A DNA stretch of 36,995 bases from Bacilli bacterium (GTDB lineage Bacteria > Bacillota_I > Bacilli_A > RF39 > UBA660). Both the position numbers and the translations under genes were made by a program. This document shows, in pieces, positions 19,807 through 28,662 of the stretch; position 1 is the stretch's first letter; each line of letters opens with the position of its first letter. The DNA is taken from NCBI GenBank assembly GCA_036660495.1, contig JAVXAN010000002.1, positions 1 through 36,995 on the forward strand, in the 5' to 3' direction. Under the pieces are notes generated by a model. It had not been told where the DNA came from and ran no database searches. It worked only from the letters and a program-made list of their open reading frames with translations.

Positions 19807-20790
19807 ATGCCAGTTGTATCAATGAGTTACTTGCTAGAAGCAGGTGTGCATTTTGGACATCAAACAAAAAGATGGAATCCAAAGATGAAGGAGTATATTT
19901 TTACTTCAAGGGATGATATATATATCATCGATTTGCAAAAAACCGTAAAAATGATTGAAAAAGCATATGAGGTTTTACATGAGATTGCCGCTCAAGGTGG
20001 TAAGGTTTTGTTTGTAGGGACAAAAAAGCAAGCAGCTGAAACAAGTGCTGAAGAAGCAAAAAGATCAGATAGTTATTATGTGACGAAGCGTTGGTTAGGC
20101 GGAACGTTAACTAATTTTAAGACTATAAGGCGTAGAATTAACCGCTTAGACCAAATTGAAAAAATGGAAAAAGATGGTGTCTTTGATAAGTTACCAAAAA
20201 AAGAAGTAGTTAAAATCCGTAAGGAATATGAAAAGTTAGATTCTTATTTTTGTGGTTTAAGACAAATGAAAAAATTACCACAAGCATTAATTATTGTTGA
20301 TCCCAAGAAGGAAATTAATGCTATAAACGAAGCTAGAAAGTTAAACATACCAGTATTTGGTATTGTAGATACCAATTGTGATCCAGATTTAGTTGACTAT
20401 GTAATTCCAGGTAATGACGATGCTATTCGTGCAGTTAAAATTGTTTTAGGGGTACTTAATAATGCTATTTGTGAAGTTACCGGAAAACCAGTAGAAGACT
20501 ATATTACTGAAGAAGATAAAGCAAAAATGAATACTAAAGAAACAAAAGAACGTGTTTTAGAAAAGCCAGTTCAAAAAGAAACTGAAGTAATTGTTGAAAA
20601 AGAAACTGTTGCTGAAGAAAAACCAGTTGTTGTTAAGGAAACAATTATAAAAGAAAAAGCACCTGAAAAAACGGTGATTAACGATTTATCTAAATTAACT
20701 GTAGTAGAATTAAAAGCTATGGCTAAAGAAAAGAAAATTGATGGCTATTCAAAAATGAAAAAAGAAGAATTAGTATCTGTTTTAAAATAA
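19807..20790 (+). CDS. rpsB: 30S ribosomal protein S2 with a C-terminal extension of about 85 aa
   Basis: N-terminus [27 protein letters not shown]. Start taken at the second ATG (7 nt after aaggagga) to match the canonical S2 N-terminus. The extension is a K/E/V-rich linker plus [33 protein letters not shown]. Confidence 0.93.
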   Translation: MPVVSMSYLLEAGVHFGHQTKRWNPKMKEYIFTSRDDIYIIDLQKTVKMIEKAYEVLHEIAAQGGKVLFVGTKKQAAETSAEEAKRSDSYYVTKRWLGGTLTNFKTIRRRINRLDQIEKMEKDGVFDKLPKKEVVKIRKEYEKLDSYFCGLRQMKKLPQALIIVDPKKEINAINEARKLNIPVFGIVDTNCDPDLVDYVIPGNDDAIRAVKIVLGVLNNAICEVTGKPVEDYITEEDKAKMNTKETKERVLEKPVQKETEVIVEKETVAEEKPVVVKETIIKEKAPEKTVINDLSKLTVVELKAMAKEKKIDGYSKMKKEELVSVLK

Positions 20791-20800
20791 ATATAAATTT

Positions 20801-20831
20801 AAGATGATTTTTATAAATCATCTTTAATTTT
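20801..20831 (+). terminator. Intercistronic hairpin between rpsB and tsf (terminator/attenuator)
   Basis: 10-bp perfect stem aagatgattt/aaatcatctt, loop ttat, followed by taatttt (weak U-tract). Confidence 0.5.
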
Positions 20832-20851
20832 AAAAAAGGGAGATTAGTAAA

Positions 20852-21721
20852 ATGAATGCAAGTTTAATTAAAGAATTAAGAGATGCTTCTGGAGCTGGAA
20901 TGATGGATTGTAAAAAAGCTTTAGAGGAAAATGAAAATGATGTTCAAAAAGCAATAGAATGGTTAAGAGAAAAAGGAATTGCAAAAGCTGCTAAAAAAGC
21001 TGATAGAATTGCTGCTGAAGGGTTATCAACAATTGTTGTTGATGATAATAAAGCTATTATTTTAGAAATAAATTGTGAAACAGACTTTGTTGCTAAAAAT
21101 GAAAAGTTTCAAAATTTCTTATCAGATGTTGCTCATATAATTTTAGATAGTAGTGCAAAAACAATGGATGAAGCGTTATCATTATCTTGTGATGAAGGTA
21201 CTTTAGCTGATTATGTTGCTAGAATGACAGCAACAATTGGTGAAAAAATAAGCTTTAGAAGGTTTGTTGTGTTAAATAAAGAAGCTGAAGAAAACTTTGG
21301 AGCATATGTTCACATGGGCGGTAAGATTTCAGTTTTAACTAAAATAAAAGGAGCTGATGAATTAGTTGCAAAAGATGTTTCGATGCATGCCGCAGCAATG
21401 CGTCCTGAATATACAAAAAAGCAAGATGTTCCAAGTGAACAAGTTGAAAATGAAAAGAAAATTTTAACTGAGCAAGCAATTGCTGAGGGAAAACCAGCAG
21501 CTATTGCTGAAAAAATGGTATTAGGTAGAATTTCTAAGTATTATAAGGAAATCTGTTTAGAAGAACAAGACTTTGTTAAGGATAATGGGGTTACGGTTGG
21601 ACAGTTTGTAAGTAATAATGGAGCATCAATTGTTGAAATGATTCGTTATGAAGTTGGTGAAGGTATCGAAAAACGTCAGGATAATTTTGCTGAAGAAGTA
21701 GCTGCTCAAATAAGGGGATAA
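20852..21721 (+). CDS. tsf: Translation elongation factor Ts
   Basis: Signatures: LIKELRD.SGAGMMDCKKAL.E...D..KAIEWLREKG, and CETDFVAKNE.F. Confidence 0.95.
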   Translation: MNASLIKELRDASGAGMMDCKKALEENENDVQKAIEWLREKGIAKAAKKADRIAAEGLSTIVVDDNKAIILEINCETDFVAKNEKFQNFLSDVAHIILDSSAKTMDEALSLSCDEGTLADYVARMTATIGEKISFRRFVVLNKEAEENFGAYVHMGGKISVLTKIKGADELVAKDVSMHAAAMRPEYTKKQDVPSEQVENEKKILTEQAIAEGKPAAIAEKMVLGRISKYYKEICLEEQDFVKDNGVTVGQFVSNNGASIVEMIRYEVGEGIEKRQDNFAEEVAAQIRG

Positions 21722-21725
21722 TATC

Positions 21726-22295
21726 ATGAAAAAGTTAGGAGCGTTATTACTAACTTTTTTGTTAGTTTTAACCGGATGTAAGGTTCAAAAAATAGAAGAT
21801 GAAAATGATTCAGATGCATTGAAATTTAACAAGGAGTACTCTTTAGTGGAAAAAAGCAACGTTTATAAGTATACTTCGTATGCTAAGGTTAATGAAATAA
21901 TAAAAACAGGTTCAGGAATTATCTATTTAGGTTTTCCTTCTTGCCCTTGGTGTAAGGAAATAACTCCAGTGTTAAATGAAATTGCTAAAGAAAAAAATGT
22001 TAAAGAAATATTTTATTATAATCATAAGGATATTAGAGTAAATGAAACTAAAGAGTATAAACAATTAGTTAGTCTTTTATCCGACTTTTTAGAACCAGAT
22101 GAAAGTGGTGATAAAAAGATTTATGCGCCTACGATTGTTTTTGTTCAAAATGGAATAATCAAAGGAATTCACGTTGGATCAGTAGAAGGACATGATGCAC
22201 ATGAAAGAGCGATGACAGAAGATGAGAAAAAGGCTTTAAAACAAATATATTCAAATTTGATTGATAAAGTATATAATACGGACTGTGATTGCTAA
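21726..22295 (+). CDS. Thioredoxin-fold lipoprotein (CPWC active site)
   Basis: Signal peptide with lipobox LLVLTGC. It has a GFPSCPWCKE CxxC motif and sits 4 nt after the tsf stop. Confidence 0.75.
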   Translation: MKKLGALLLTFLLVLTGCKVQKIEDENDSDALKFNKEYSLVEKSNVYKYTSYAKVNEIIKTGSGIIYLGFPSCPWCKEITPVLNEIAKEKNVKEIFYYNHKDIRVNETKEYKQLVSLLSDFLEPDESGDKKIYAPTIVFVQNGIIKGIHVGSVEGHDAHERAMTEDEKKALKQIYSNLIDKVYNTDCDC

Positions 22296-22349
22296 ATATC
22301 ACTTGTATTTAAATCCTTTTTTAGTATAATAATTATAGGAGATGAAATT

Positions 22350-22895
22350 ATGTTAGATGAAGTCATTTTAGAAACAGAAGAAAAAATGGAAAAAGCAATT
22401 GTTTCTTTAGAAACAAGGTTTTTAAACGTTAGAGCTGGAAGAGCTAATCCTAATATGCTTGATAAAATTAAGGTGGAATATTATGGATCTGAAACGCCTC
22501 TTCAACAGTTAGCAAATATATCTGTACCAGAAGCTCGTAAATTAATTGTAAAACCTTTTGACAGAACCTCAATTGGAGCTATTGAAAAAGCCATATTTGA
22601 AGCAAACATTGGATTAACTCCAAATAATAATGGTGAAACGGTTATTTTAAACATTCCAGAGCTTACTGAGGAAAGAAGAAAAGATTTTGTTAAGCAAGCT
22701 AAAGTTTTAGCCGAAGAAGCAAAGATTGCTCTTAGAAACATTAGACAAGATTCTAATAATGCTGTTAAAAAGCTTGAAATAGCAGAAGATGATCAAAAAG
22801 GCGCATCTAACGAAATTCAAGAATTAATAAATAAATATAATAAAGTAGTAGACGAAAAATTAAAAGAAAAAGAAAATGAATTAATGAGTATTTAA
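22350..22895 (+). CDS. frr: Ribosome recycling factor
   Basis: Signatures: RAGRANP..LD.I.V.YYG..TPL.QLA.ISVPEAR.L.V.PFD, and LTEERRKD.VKQ. Confidence 0.95.
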   Translation: MLDEVILETEEKMEKAIVSLETRFLNVRAGRANPNMLDKIKVEYYGSETPLQQLANISVPEARKLIVKPFDRTSIGAIEKAIFEANIGLTPNNNGETVILNIPELTEERRKDFVKQAKVLAEEAKIALRNIRQDSNNAVKKLEIAEDDQKGASNEIQELINKYNKVVDEKLKEKENELMSI

Positions 22896-22923
22896 GCAAT
22901 AACTTTTGTTATTGTCTTTTTTT
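22896..22923 (+). terminator. Rho-independent terminator after frr
   Basis: Stem gcaataac/gttattgt (8 bp, one G-U), loop tttt, then cttttttt. Confidence 0.65.
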
Positions 22924-22964
22924 ATAAAAAAAAGTATAATGATATTAGAGTAGGGGAAATAAAA

Positions 22965-23639
22965 ATGAAGAAAAACGTATTTAATATAATTTGTTTAGGA
23001 TTATCGGCGGTTTTAATAACTTTATTTAGTTATTTTCTATACGTTGGTGGGATAACTGAGAACATTTCCTTGTTTCTTTCTAAAATTAAGGCCAATGCTA
23101 ACATAAGCGAAAACGTTTCTAGTAATTATCCAAGAATAGATTTATTTGTTAATTCAAGTGGAGAAAAAATAACTAATGAAGATTTGGTTTTAATCGTTAA
23201 TTCAAGTGATGATATAAAAATTTCAAAGGCAGAGTATTCATTTGATAAACAACGATGGTTTGACGATTTTGATGAAGAAACGTATGGAAAAGAGTCGGTT
23301 GTAAAAAAGGTTTTTAGAGAAAATATTGATAAAAAAGTATATTTAAGAGTAACCAATAATAAGGGCTATAGTAGTTATGTTATTCAAACGATAGTTAACG
23401 TTGATAAGACCAAACCGGTAGTTAATTTACAAAAAAAAGGAAATGAAGTTTTAGTAACAGCTAAAGATAATGTGGGTATAACCCAAGTACAATACTCTTA
23501 TGATAATTTGATTTGGAATGATTTTACTGATGTTAAATTTAATGGTAAAGATGTTACTGTAAACATTCTAAAAGAAAAAGCAACGTTTATTAGAGTAGTT
23601 GATAAAGCTGGTAATATTAGTAAGATAAAAGAATTTTAA
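22965..23639 (+). CDS. Membrane-anchored hypothetical protein with Ig-like-looking C-terminal modules
   Basis: RBS tagggga. N-terminal TM helix IICLGLSAVLITLFSYFLYVGG. Two similar segments (..KISKAEYSFDKQRW.. and ..GITQVQYSYDNLIW..) are separated by VDKTKP. Confidence 0.65.
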   Translation: MKKNVFNIICLGLSAVLITLFSYFLYVGGITENISLFLSKIKANANISENVSSNYPRIDLFVNSSGEKITNEDLVLIVNSSDDIKISKAEYSFDKQRWFDDFDEETYGKESVVKKVFRENIDKKVYLRVTNNKGYSSYVIQTIVNVDKTKPVVNLQKKGNEVLVTAKDNVGITQVQYSYDNLIWNDFTDVKFNGKDVTVNILKEKATFIRVVDKAGNISKIKEF

Positions 23640-23640
23640 T

Positions 23641-23668
23641 TTGACAATGGGTCATAATATGTTATAAT
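23641..23668 (+). promoter_or_regulatory. Sigma-A type promoter of the pheST leader
   Basis: TTGACA (23641-23646), 16-nt spacer, TGtTATAAT (-10 at 23663-23668). Confidence 0.6.
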
Positions 23669-23674
23669 TAATTT

Positions 23675-23892
23675 GTTAAAAGCAATGAAGAGAAGTAGTA
23701 ATAAGTCAAATGCTTGTAGAGAGTTAGTGGTTGGTGAAAACTAATGGTAATTACTTATGAATTCATCTTGGAGCTGGTAGTTAAAACTATTACCGAGAAT
23801 TCCGCGTTAAGGAATTTAAGAGCATAAGTAATTTACTTATGAACTAAGGTGGTACCGCGATTAATCGTCCTTATTTTAGGATGATTTTTTTT
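23675..23892 (+). promoter_or_regulatory. T-box riboswitch leader, Phe-specific (specifier UUC)
   Basis: Stem I AGAGAG box and gguuggugaaa distal loop. Specifier-loop context gaaTTCa (TTC at 23762-23764). Conserved T-box aaGGTGGTACCGCG at 23847-23860. Terminator stem atcgtcct/aggatgat at 23864-23885 followed by a T-run. Sits directly upstream of pheS. Confidence 0.85.
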
Positions 23893-23907
23893 ATTAAAGG
23901 AGGATTT

Positions 23908-24951
23908 ATGAAAAAACTAGATGAAATTAAAAATTTGTTTGTTGAGAAAATTGAAAAGGTTAATGATCTTAAATCATTGAATGATTTAAGAATAGAGTTT
24001 TTAGGTAAAAAAGGCTTAATAACAGAGTTTTCCTCTTTAATTAGAGAAGTTCCAAATGATGAAAAAAAGAGCTTTGGAGCAGCGGTAAATGAAGTTAGGA
24101 TGTTTGTGTCAAACTTATTAGATACTAAAAAAGAAACTTTTGAAGAAACGCTATTAAACAAAAAATTACTCCAGGAAGCAATTGATATATCACTTCCTGC
24201 TACTAAAGTTCCTGTTGGAGTTGCGAATACTCTTGAAATGTTAATTGAAGAATTAGAAGAATTATTAATGTCAATGGGTTATGATGTAGTAGAAGGGCCT
24301 GAAGTTGAAAAAGATTTATATAACTTTGAGTTATTAAATTTACCAAAAGGACATCCGGCAAGAGATGCACAAGATACTTTTTATATTAAAGATGAAGAAT
24401 TACTTTTAAGAAGTCAAACTTCTCCAGTTCAAATAAGGACAATGCTAGAAAACACTGATAAAACGCCAATAAGAATTATTTGTCCTGGAAAAACTTATCG
24501 TAGGGATGATGATGATGCAACTCATTCACATCAATTTACTCAAATAGAAGGTCTTTTAATCGATGCGGACGTATCTTTAGCTAACTTAAAAGCAACTTTT
24601 GATATTATTGCTAAAAAGTTATATGGTCAAACTAGAAAAACCAGATTTAGACCATCATATTATCCATTTACTGAGCCTTCAGTAGAACTTGATATTAGTT
24701 GTTTTAATTGTGAAGGAAAAGGTTGTCAAATTTGTAAAAACACCGGATGGATTACCGTTGGTGGAGCCGGAATGGTTAATCCAAAGGTCCTTGATAATTG
24801 TGGATATGATTCTACTAAATGGAAAGGATTTGCTTTTGGATTTGGCGTGGAAAGATTAGCAATGCTTAAATATGGAATTACGGATATTAGAACTTTTTAT
24901 ACAAACGATTTAAGAAACACTAGTAATTTTAACAGAAAGGATGTTGATTAA
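23908..24951 (+). CDS. pheS: Phenylalanine-tRNA ligase alpha subunit
   Basis: Signatures: HPARD.QDTFY, LLRSQTSPVQIR, FRPSYYPFTEPS, GFAFGFGVERLAM. Start is the ATG after aaaggagga; the track start at 23881 lies inside the T-box terminator. Confidence 0.95.
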   Translation: MKKLDEIKNLFVEKIEKVNDLKSLNDLRIEFLGKKGLITEFSSLIREVPNDEKKSFGAAVNEVRMFVSNLLDTKKETFEETLLNKKLLQEAIDISLPATKVPVGVANTLEMLIEELEELLMSMGYDVVEGPEVEKDLYNFELLNLPKGHPARDAQDTFYIKDEELLLRSQTSPVQIRTMLENTDKTPIRIICPGKTYRRDDDDATHSHQFTQIEGLLIDADVSLANLKATFDIIAKKLYGQTRKTRFRPSYYPFTEPSVELDISCFNCEGKGCQICKNTGWITVGGAGMVNPKVLDNCGYDSTKWKGFAFGFGVERLAMLKYGITDIRTFYTNDLRNTSNFNRKDVD

Positions 24952-24952
24952 T

Positions 24953-27331
24953 ATGGCTATTAGTTTAAACTGGATAAATGATTATGTTGATGTTGAAGGT
25001 GAAGATTTTAATGAATTAGCATCTAAAATTACTAAAGCGGGAATAAATGTCGAAGCGGTTAATCACGTGGAAATTAAAAATTTAGTTATTGGTCAGGTAG
25101 AGCAATGTTTTGCTCATCCTGATAGTGATCACCTAAAAGTATGCAAAGTAAACGTTGGAAGTGATATTAAGCAAATAGTATGTGGTGCATTAAACGTAAG
25201 AGAAAAAATTAAAGTGATCGTTGCACTTCCTGGTGCTATTCTTCCAGGTAACTTTGAAATAAAAAAAGGAGTTATAAGAGGGGTAGAATCAGATGGAATG
25301 ATTTGTGCTTTGTTTGAACTTGGTTTAGAAGAAAAAACCAAAGAAAATTATGATAAGGGGATATTAGAATTAGATGCAAACGCACTTGTTGGACAGGATG
25401 CTTTGAAATATTTAGAGTCTGATGATACAACTTTTGAACTAGATTTAAACCCTAATAGAAGTGATTGTAATAACCATATTCCTTTTGCATATGAGGTTGC
25501 AGCCGTATTAAATAAAAAAGTAACATTACCTAATACAAGCGTTAACCCGGTAAAAGAATCAATCAATGGAAAATTTGAATTAAGTATAGATACTGAAAAT
25601 TGTTCGATGTATAATGCAAAAATGGTTAAAGAAATAACGGTAGGAGAATCACCATTATTTATTAAAAAAAGATTAGAAAAAGCTGGAATGCGTTCAATTA
25701 ATAACGTTGTTGATATATCAAATTATGTTATGTTAGAATATGGGCAACCACTTCACTTTTTTGATTATGATAAATTAGGTAATCAAGTTGTAGTAAGAAT
25801 GGCTTGCGATAACGAAAAAATCATTACTTTGGATGGTAAAAACAGGTTGTTATGTAATAAAGATATTGTTATTACAGACGGAACAAAGCCGGTTTGCATT
25901 GCTGGAGTTATGGGGTCGATAGATACTGAAGTTGATAATAACACGAAAATTATATTAATAGAAAGTGCTATATTTAATCCATATAACGTTAGGTATACTT
26001 CAATTAACTTAGATTTAAGAAGTGAAGCTAGTCTTAGGTACGAAAAAGGACTTAATTATGAGTACTGTGATTTAGCATTGGACAGAGCTTGTTATTTATT
26101 AGAAAAGTATGCTGGTGGTAAGGTTCTTAATGGTGTTGTTTCTTATGATAAAACTGATAAAAAAATTAAGAAGGTAGATGTTTCTATAAGTAGCATGAGT
26201 AAGCTACTAGGGATGCCATTAACTGATGATATTACTAAAAAAGCGCTAACCTCATTAGGTTTTAATTATGAAACGATAGATGAAAATAATTATACGGTAT
26301 ACATACCAAATAGAAGACTTGATATATCTTTAAACGAAGCTGATATTGCTGAAGAAATAGGAAGAATATCGGGGTATGATAAAATTATATCAGCACTTCC
26401 AAGTGGAATAATAAAGTCTGGTAAATACGTAGGTAACGTAAAAACTAGAAAACTAATAAGTAAAAGATTAAGAAGCTTAGGTTTAAATGAATGTAGAACT
26501 TATACCTTAGTAAGTAGCGAAGATGATAACGTGTTTACTTATGATAGAAAAAAAGCTATTAAGCTTTTAAAACCAATGAGCAGTGATAAAAGTATAGTTA
26601 GACAGACAATAGTTCCATCTTTATTAAGAGTAGTAAATTATAATAAAAAGCATGGAATTAAGGATGCTTTCTTATATGAAATTTCTAACGTATATTCTTA
26701 TGAAATGAATGAAGATACTAAAGTTGCTATTGCAATAAAAGGAAAATATATAAATAATAATTTTAACTTAGTAAATGTTAATGCTGATTTTTATTTATTA
26801 AAAGGGATTATAGAAAATGTTTTAGAATACCTAGGTTTTAAAAATAGATATGTTTTTGAAAAAAAGGAAATAGATGGTCTTCATCCTGGAATAAGTGCCA
26901 TAATAAATGTTGATAAAGAAGAAATTGGCTATTTTGGGAAGATTCATCCTTCTATAAGTAAGGATGATGTTTATGTATGCGAATTTAGTATGATTAAATT
27001 AATTTCAAAGAAAATAAAACCAATTAAATATAAAGAAGTATCAAAGTATCCATCTATTAATAAAGATGTAGCATTTATAGTTGATAAGAGTCTTACTTCT
27101 GAAGAAATTATTAAAGTGATAAAAAAAGCGGGTTCTAGGTTGTTAACGGAAATAGAAGTTTTTGATGTTTATACTGGAGAAAAAGTAGATGAAGATAAAA
27201 AATCTATAGCTTTTTCACTTACATTTCAAGATGATAATAAAACCCTAACGGATTTAGAAATAAATGAAGTATTTAACAATATTATAAAAAAAGTTACTGA
27301 AACATTTTCAGCAACTCTTAGAGATAATTAA
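24953..27331 (+). CDS. pheT: Phenylalanine-tRNA ligase beta subunit
   Basis: N-terminus MAISLNWINDYV, tRNA-binding domain (HPDSDHLKVCKV..G), and B3/4, B5 and FDX-ACB-like C-terminus. Start chosen to match the canonical N-terminus, just after the pheS stop. Confidence 0.92.
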   Translation: MAISLNWINDYVDVEGEDFNELASKITKAGINVEAVNHVEIKNLVIGQVEQCFAHPDSDHLKVCKVNVGSDIKQIVCGALNVREKIKVIVALPGAILPGNFEIKKGVIRGVESDGMICALFELGLEEKTKENYDKGILELDANALVGQDALKYLESDDTTFELDLNPNRSDCNNHIPFAYEVAAVLNKKVTLPNTSVNPVKESINGKFELSIDTENCSMYNAKMVKEITVGESPLFIKKRLEKAGMRSINNVVDISNYVMLEYGQPLHFFDYDKLGNQVVVRMACDNEKIITLDGKNRLLCNKDIVITDGTKPVCIAGVMGSIDTEVDNNTKIILIESAIFNPYNVRYTSINLDLRSEASLRYEKGLNYEYCDLALDRACYLLEKYAGGKVLNGVVSYDKTDKKIKKVDVSISSMSKLLGMPLTDDITKKALTSLGFNYETIDENNYTVYIPNRRLDISLNEADIAEEIGRISGYDKIISALPSGIIKSGKYVGNVKTRKLISKRLRSLGLNECRTYTLVSSEDDNVFTYDRKKAIKLLKPMSSDKSIVRQTIVPSLLRVVNYNKKHGIKDAFLYEISNVYSYEMNEDTKVAIAIKGKYINNNFNLVNVNADFYLLKGIIENVLEYLGFKNRYVFEKKEIDGLHPGISAIINVDKEEIGYFGKIHPSISKDDVYVCEFSMIKLISKKIKPIKYKEVSKYPSINKDVAFIVDKSLTSEEIIKVIKKAGSRLLTEIEVFDVYTGEKVDEDKKSIAFSLTFQDDNKTLTDLEINEVFNNIIKKVTETFSATLRDN

Positions 27332-27534
27332 TTCATATGAGCTTTTAAAATACTTAAAAGTTCTTTTTTTTGTTCTTCAGAAGCGTATTTCCATATGATT
27401 TCCATAAAAACCCCAAGACCAGGTAGTGCTTCTTCTAAGCCTTCGTTAATTGTATCATCAATTGATTCTTTTAACTCACTTTCGTTATCATCTTTAAAAT
27501 TATCAATAACGTATTTTCTGATGTTAATGTCCAA
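27328..27534 (-). CDS. sspI: Small acid-soluble spore protein SspI-like (68 aa)
   Basis: MD.N.R..V......ES.L...I.D.I..G.E..LPGLGV.FE.IW..ASE matches remembered SspI, and B. subtilis sspI also neighbours pheST. TTG start 8 nt after RBS gaaagggtga. Convergent with pheT. Confidence 0.7.
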   Translation of the reverse strand: MDINIRKYVIDNFKDDNESELKESIDDTINEGLEEALPGLGVFMEIIWKYASEEQKKELLSILKAHMN

Positions 27535-27591
27535 TATATCACCCTTTCAGTATATTTTTTGTAAAATTTTTGATTTTATACATATAATTAA

Positions 27592-27620
27592 TTGAAAAGA
27601 TTTATAAAAAAGTGTATAAT
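27592..27620 (+). promoter_or_regulatory. Sigma-A type promoter for the DUF5684-like gene
   Basis: TTGAAA (27592-27597), 17-nt spacer, TATAAT (27615-27620) preceded by TG. Confidence 0.55.
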
Positions 27621-27646
27621 TAGATAAAATAGAGAGGAGAACTATT

Positions 27647-28618
27647 ATGTATCAAAATTATGAAACAACAACGTCTTATGGAATGTTTGGAGCAGGTTTT
27701 GCGTCAATGCTTATTATCCCTATGATTATTTCTTTTATAATAAGTATTTTGATTATAATATCATACTGGAAACTTCTAAAAAGAGCTGGTAAGAATGGAT
27801 GGGAAATTCTTATACCAATATATAATGTTTATATATTATTACAAATTGCAGAAAAGCCCGTTTATTATCTTGCATTATTTATTGTTCCTTTTGTAAATAT
27901 TTACGCCCTTTTTACAATGAATATTGCTCTTGCTAATAAATTTGGAAAAACAACTGGATTTGGGGTTGGAATGACTTTTTTACCATTTATATTTATTCCA
28001 ATATTAGCTTTTGGAAAAAACAATGGATTTGAGCAGTCAGCATCCGAAGCTCCAGTAGTAGAGCAGCCAGCATATGAAGCTCCAGTAGTAGAGCAGCCAG
28101 CATACGAAGCTCCAGTAGTAGAGCAACCAGTATACGAAGCTCCAGTAGTAGAGCAGCCAGTATATGTAGCTCCAGTAGTAGAGCAGCCAGCATACGAAGC
28201 TCCAGTAGTAGAGCAACCAGCATATGAAGCTCCAGTAGTAGAGCAGCCAGTATACGAAGCTCCAGTAGTAGAGCAACCAGCATACGAAGCTCCAGTAGTA
28301 GAGCAGCCAGCATATGTAGCTCCAGTAGTAGAGCAACCAGCATATGTAGCTCCAGTAGTAGAGCAGCCAGCATATGTAGCTCCAGTAGTAGAGCAACCAG
28401 CATATGTAGCTCCAGTAGTAGAGCAACCAGTATACGAAGCTCCAGCAGTAGAGCAGCCAGCATATGAAGCTCCAGTAGTAGAGCAGCCAGCATATGAAGC
28501 TCCAGTAGTAGAGCAACCAGTACTTGAGCAGACAACTGTAATACCAATGGTTGAACAAACATTAACTCCACCCACAGTAGAAACAATGGAAATACTAGAT
28601 GATGATAAAAGAGTTTAA
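27647..28618 (+). CDS. DUF5684-like multi-pass membrane protein with a long C-terminal APVVEQPAYE tandem-repeat tail
   Basis: The N-terminal 125 aa has the GKNGWEILIPIYNVYILLQIAEKP signature typical of DUF5684 membrane proteins. It is followed by 16 decapeptide repeats. Confidence 0.8.
   Translation: MYQNYETTTSYGMFGAGFASMLIIPMIISFIISILIIISYWKLLKRAGKNGWEILIPIYNVYILLQIAEKPVYYLALFIVPFVNIYALFTMNIALANKFGKTTGFGVGMTFLPFIFIPILAFGKNNGFEQSASEAPVVEQPAYEAPVVEQPAYEAPVVEQPVYEAPVVEQPVYVAPVVEQPAYEAPVVEQPAYEAPVVEQPVYEAPVVEQPAYEAPVVEQPAYVAPVVEQPAYVAPVVEQPAYVAPVVEQPAYVAPVVEQPVYEAPAVEQPAYEAPVVEQPAYEAPVVEQPVLEQTTVIPMVEQTLTPPTVETMEILDDDKRV
28049..28528 (+). repeat. 16 x 30-bp head-to-tail tandem repeat (unit gctccagtagtagagcagccagcatatgaa), in frame
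   Basis: Read directly from the sequence. Copies differ at only a few positions: mainly cag/caa, gca/gta, tat/tac and gaa/gta, plus one gta>gca in unit 14. The last unit is diverged (..gtacttgag). Confidence 0.95.
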
Positions 28619-28634
28619 TAAAAACTCTTTTTTT
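28607..28634 (+). terminator. Rho-independent terminator after the repeat-protein gene
   Basis: 10-bp stem aaaagagttt/aaactctttt with a 5-nt loop, running into a T-run. It overlaps the stop codon. Confidence 0.65.
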
Positions 28635-28662
28635 AATGGTATAATAATAATAGGTGATAAAA

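Noticed and set aside
3194-25566. Short antisense ORFs inside ppdK, xer, glyA, the Cys-repeat gene, priA, frr, the 22965 gene, pheS and pheT (3194-3412, 4962-5282, 6158-6379, 13985-14227, 16066-16293, 18843-19124, 22502-22741, 23126-23356, 23871-24161, 25129-25341, 25348-25566)
   Set aside because: Each lies wholly within a confidently identified gene on the opposite strand. They have no RBS and odd composition, as expected for chance open frames in AT-rich DNA.
27395-27595. + strand 66-aa ORF opposite the sspI-like gene
   Set aside because: The - strand product matches the SspI signature and has an RBS. The + strand translation is S/L-rich and featureless.
28049-28528. Regular 30-bp repeat array that superficially resembles a CRISPR locus
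   Set aside because: The units abut head to tail with no spacers. They lie in frame inside a long ORF encoding APVVEQPAYE repeats, and no cas genes or leader are present.
27901-28586. Three long - strand ORFs on the track (27901-28575, 27993-28586, 28037-28558)
   Set aside because: They are repeat-induced antisense shadows of the + strand tandem repeat. They give low-complexity translations (GCSTTGASYA.., LLLELHML.., WLLYYWS..) and have no RBS or independent support.
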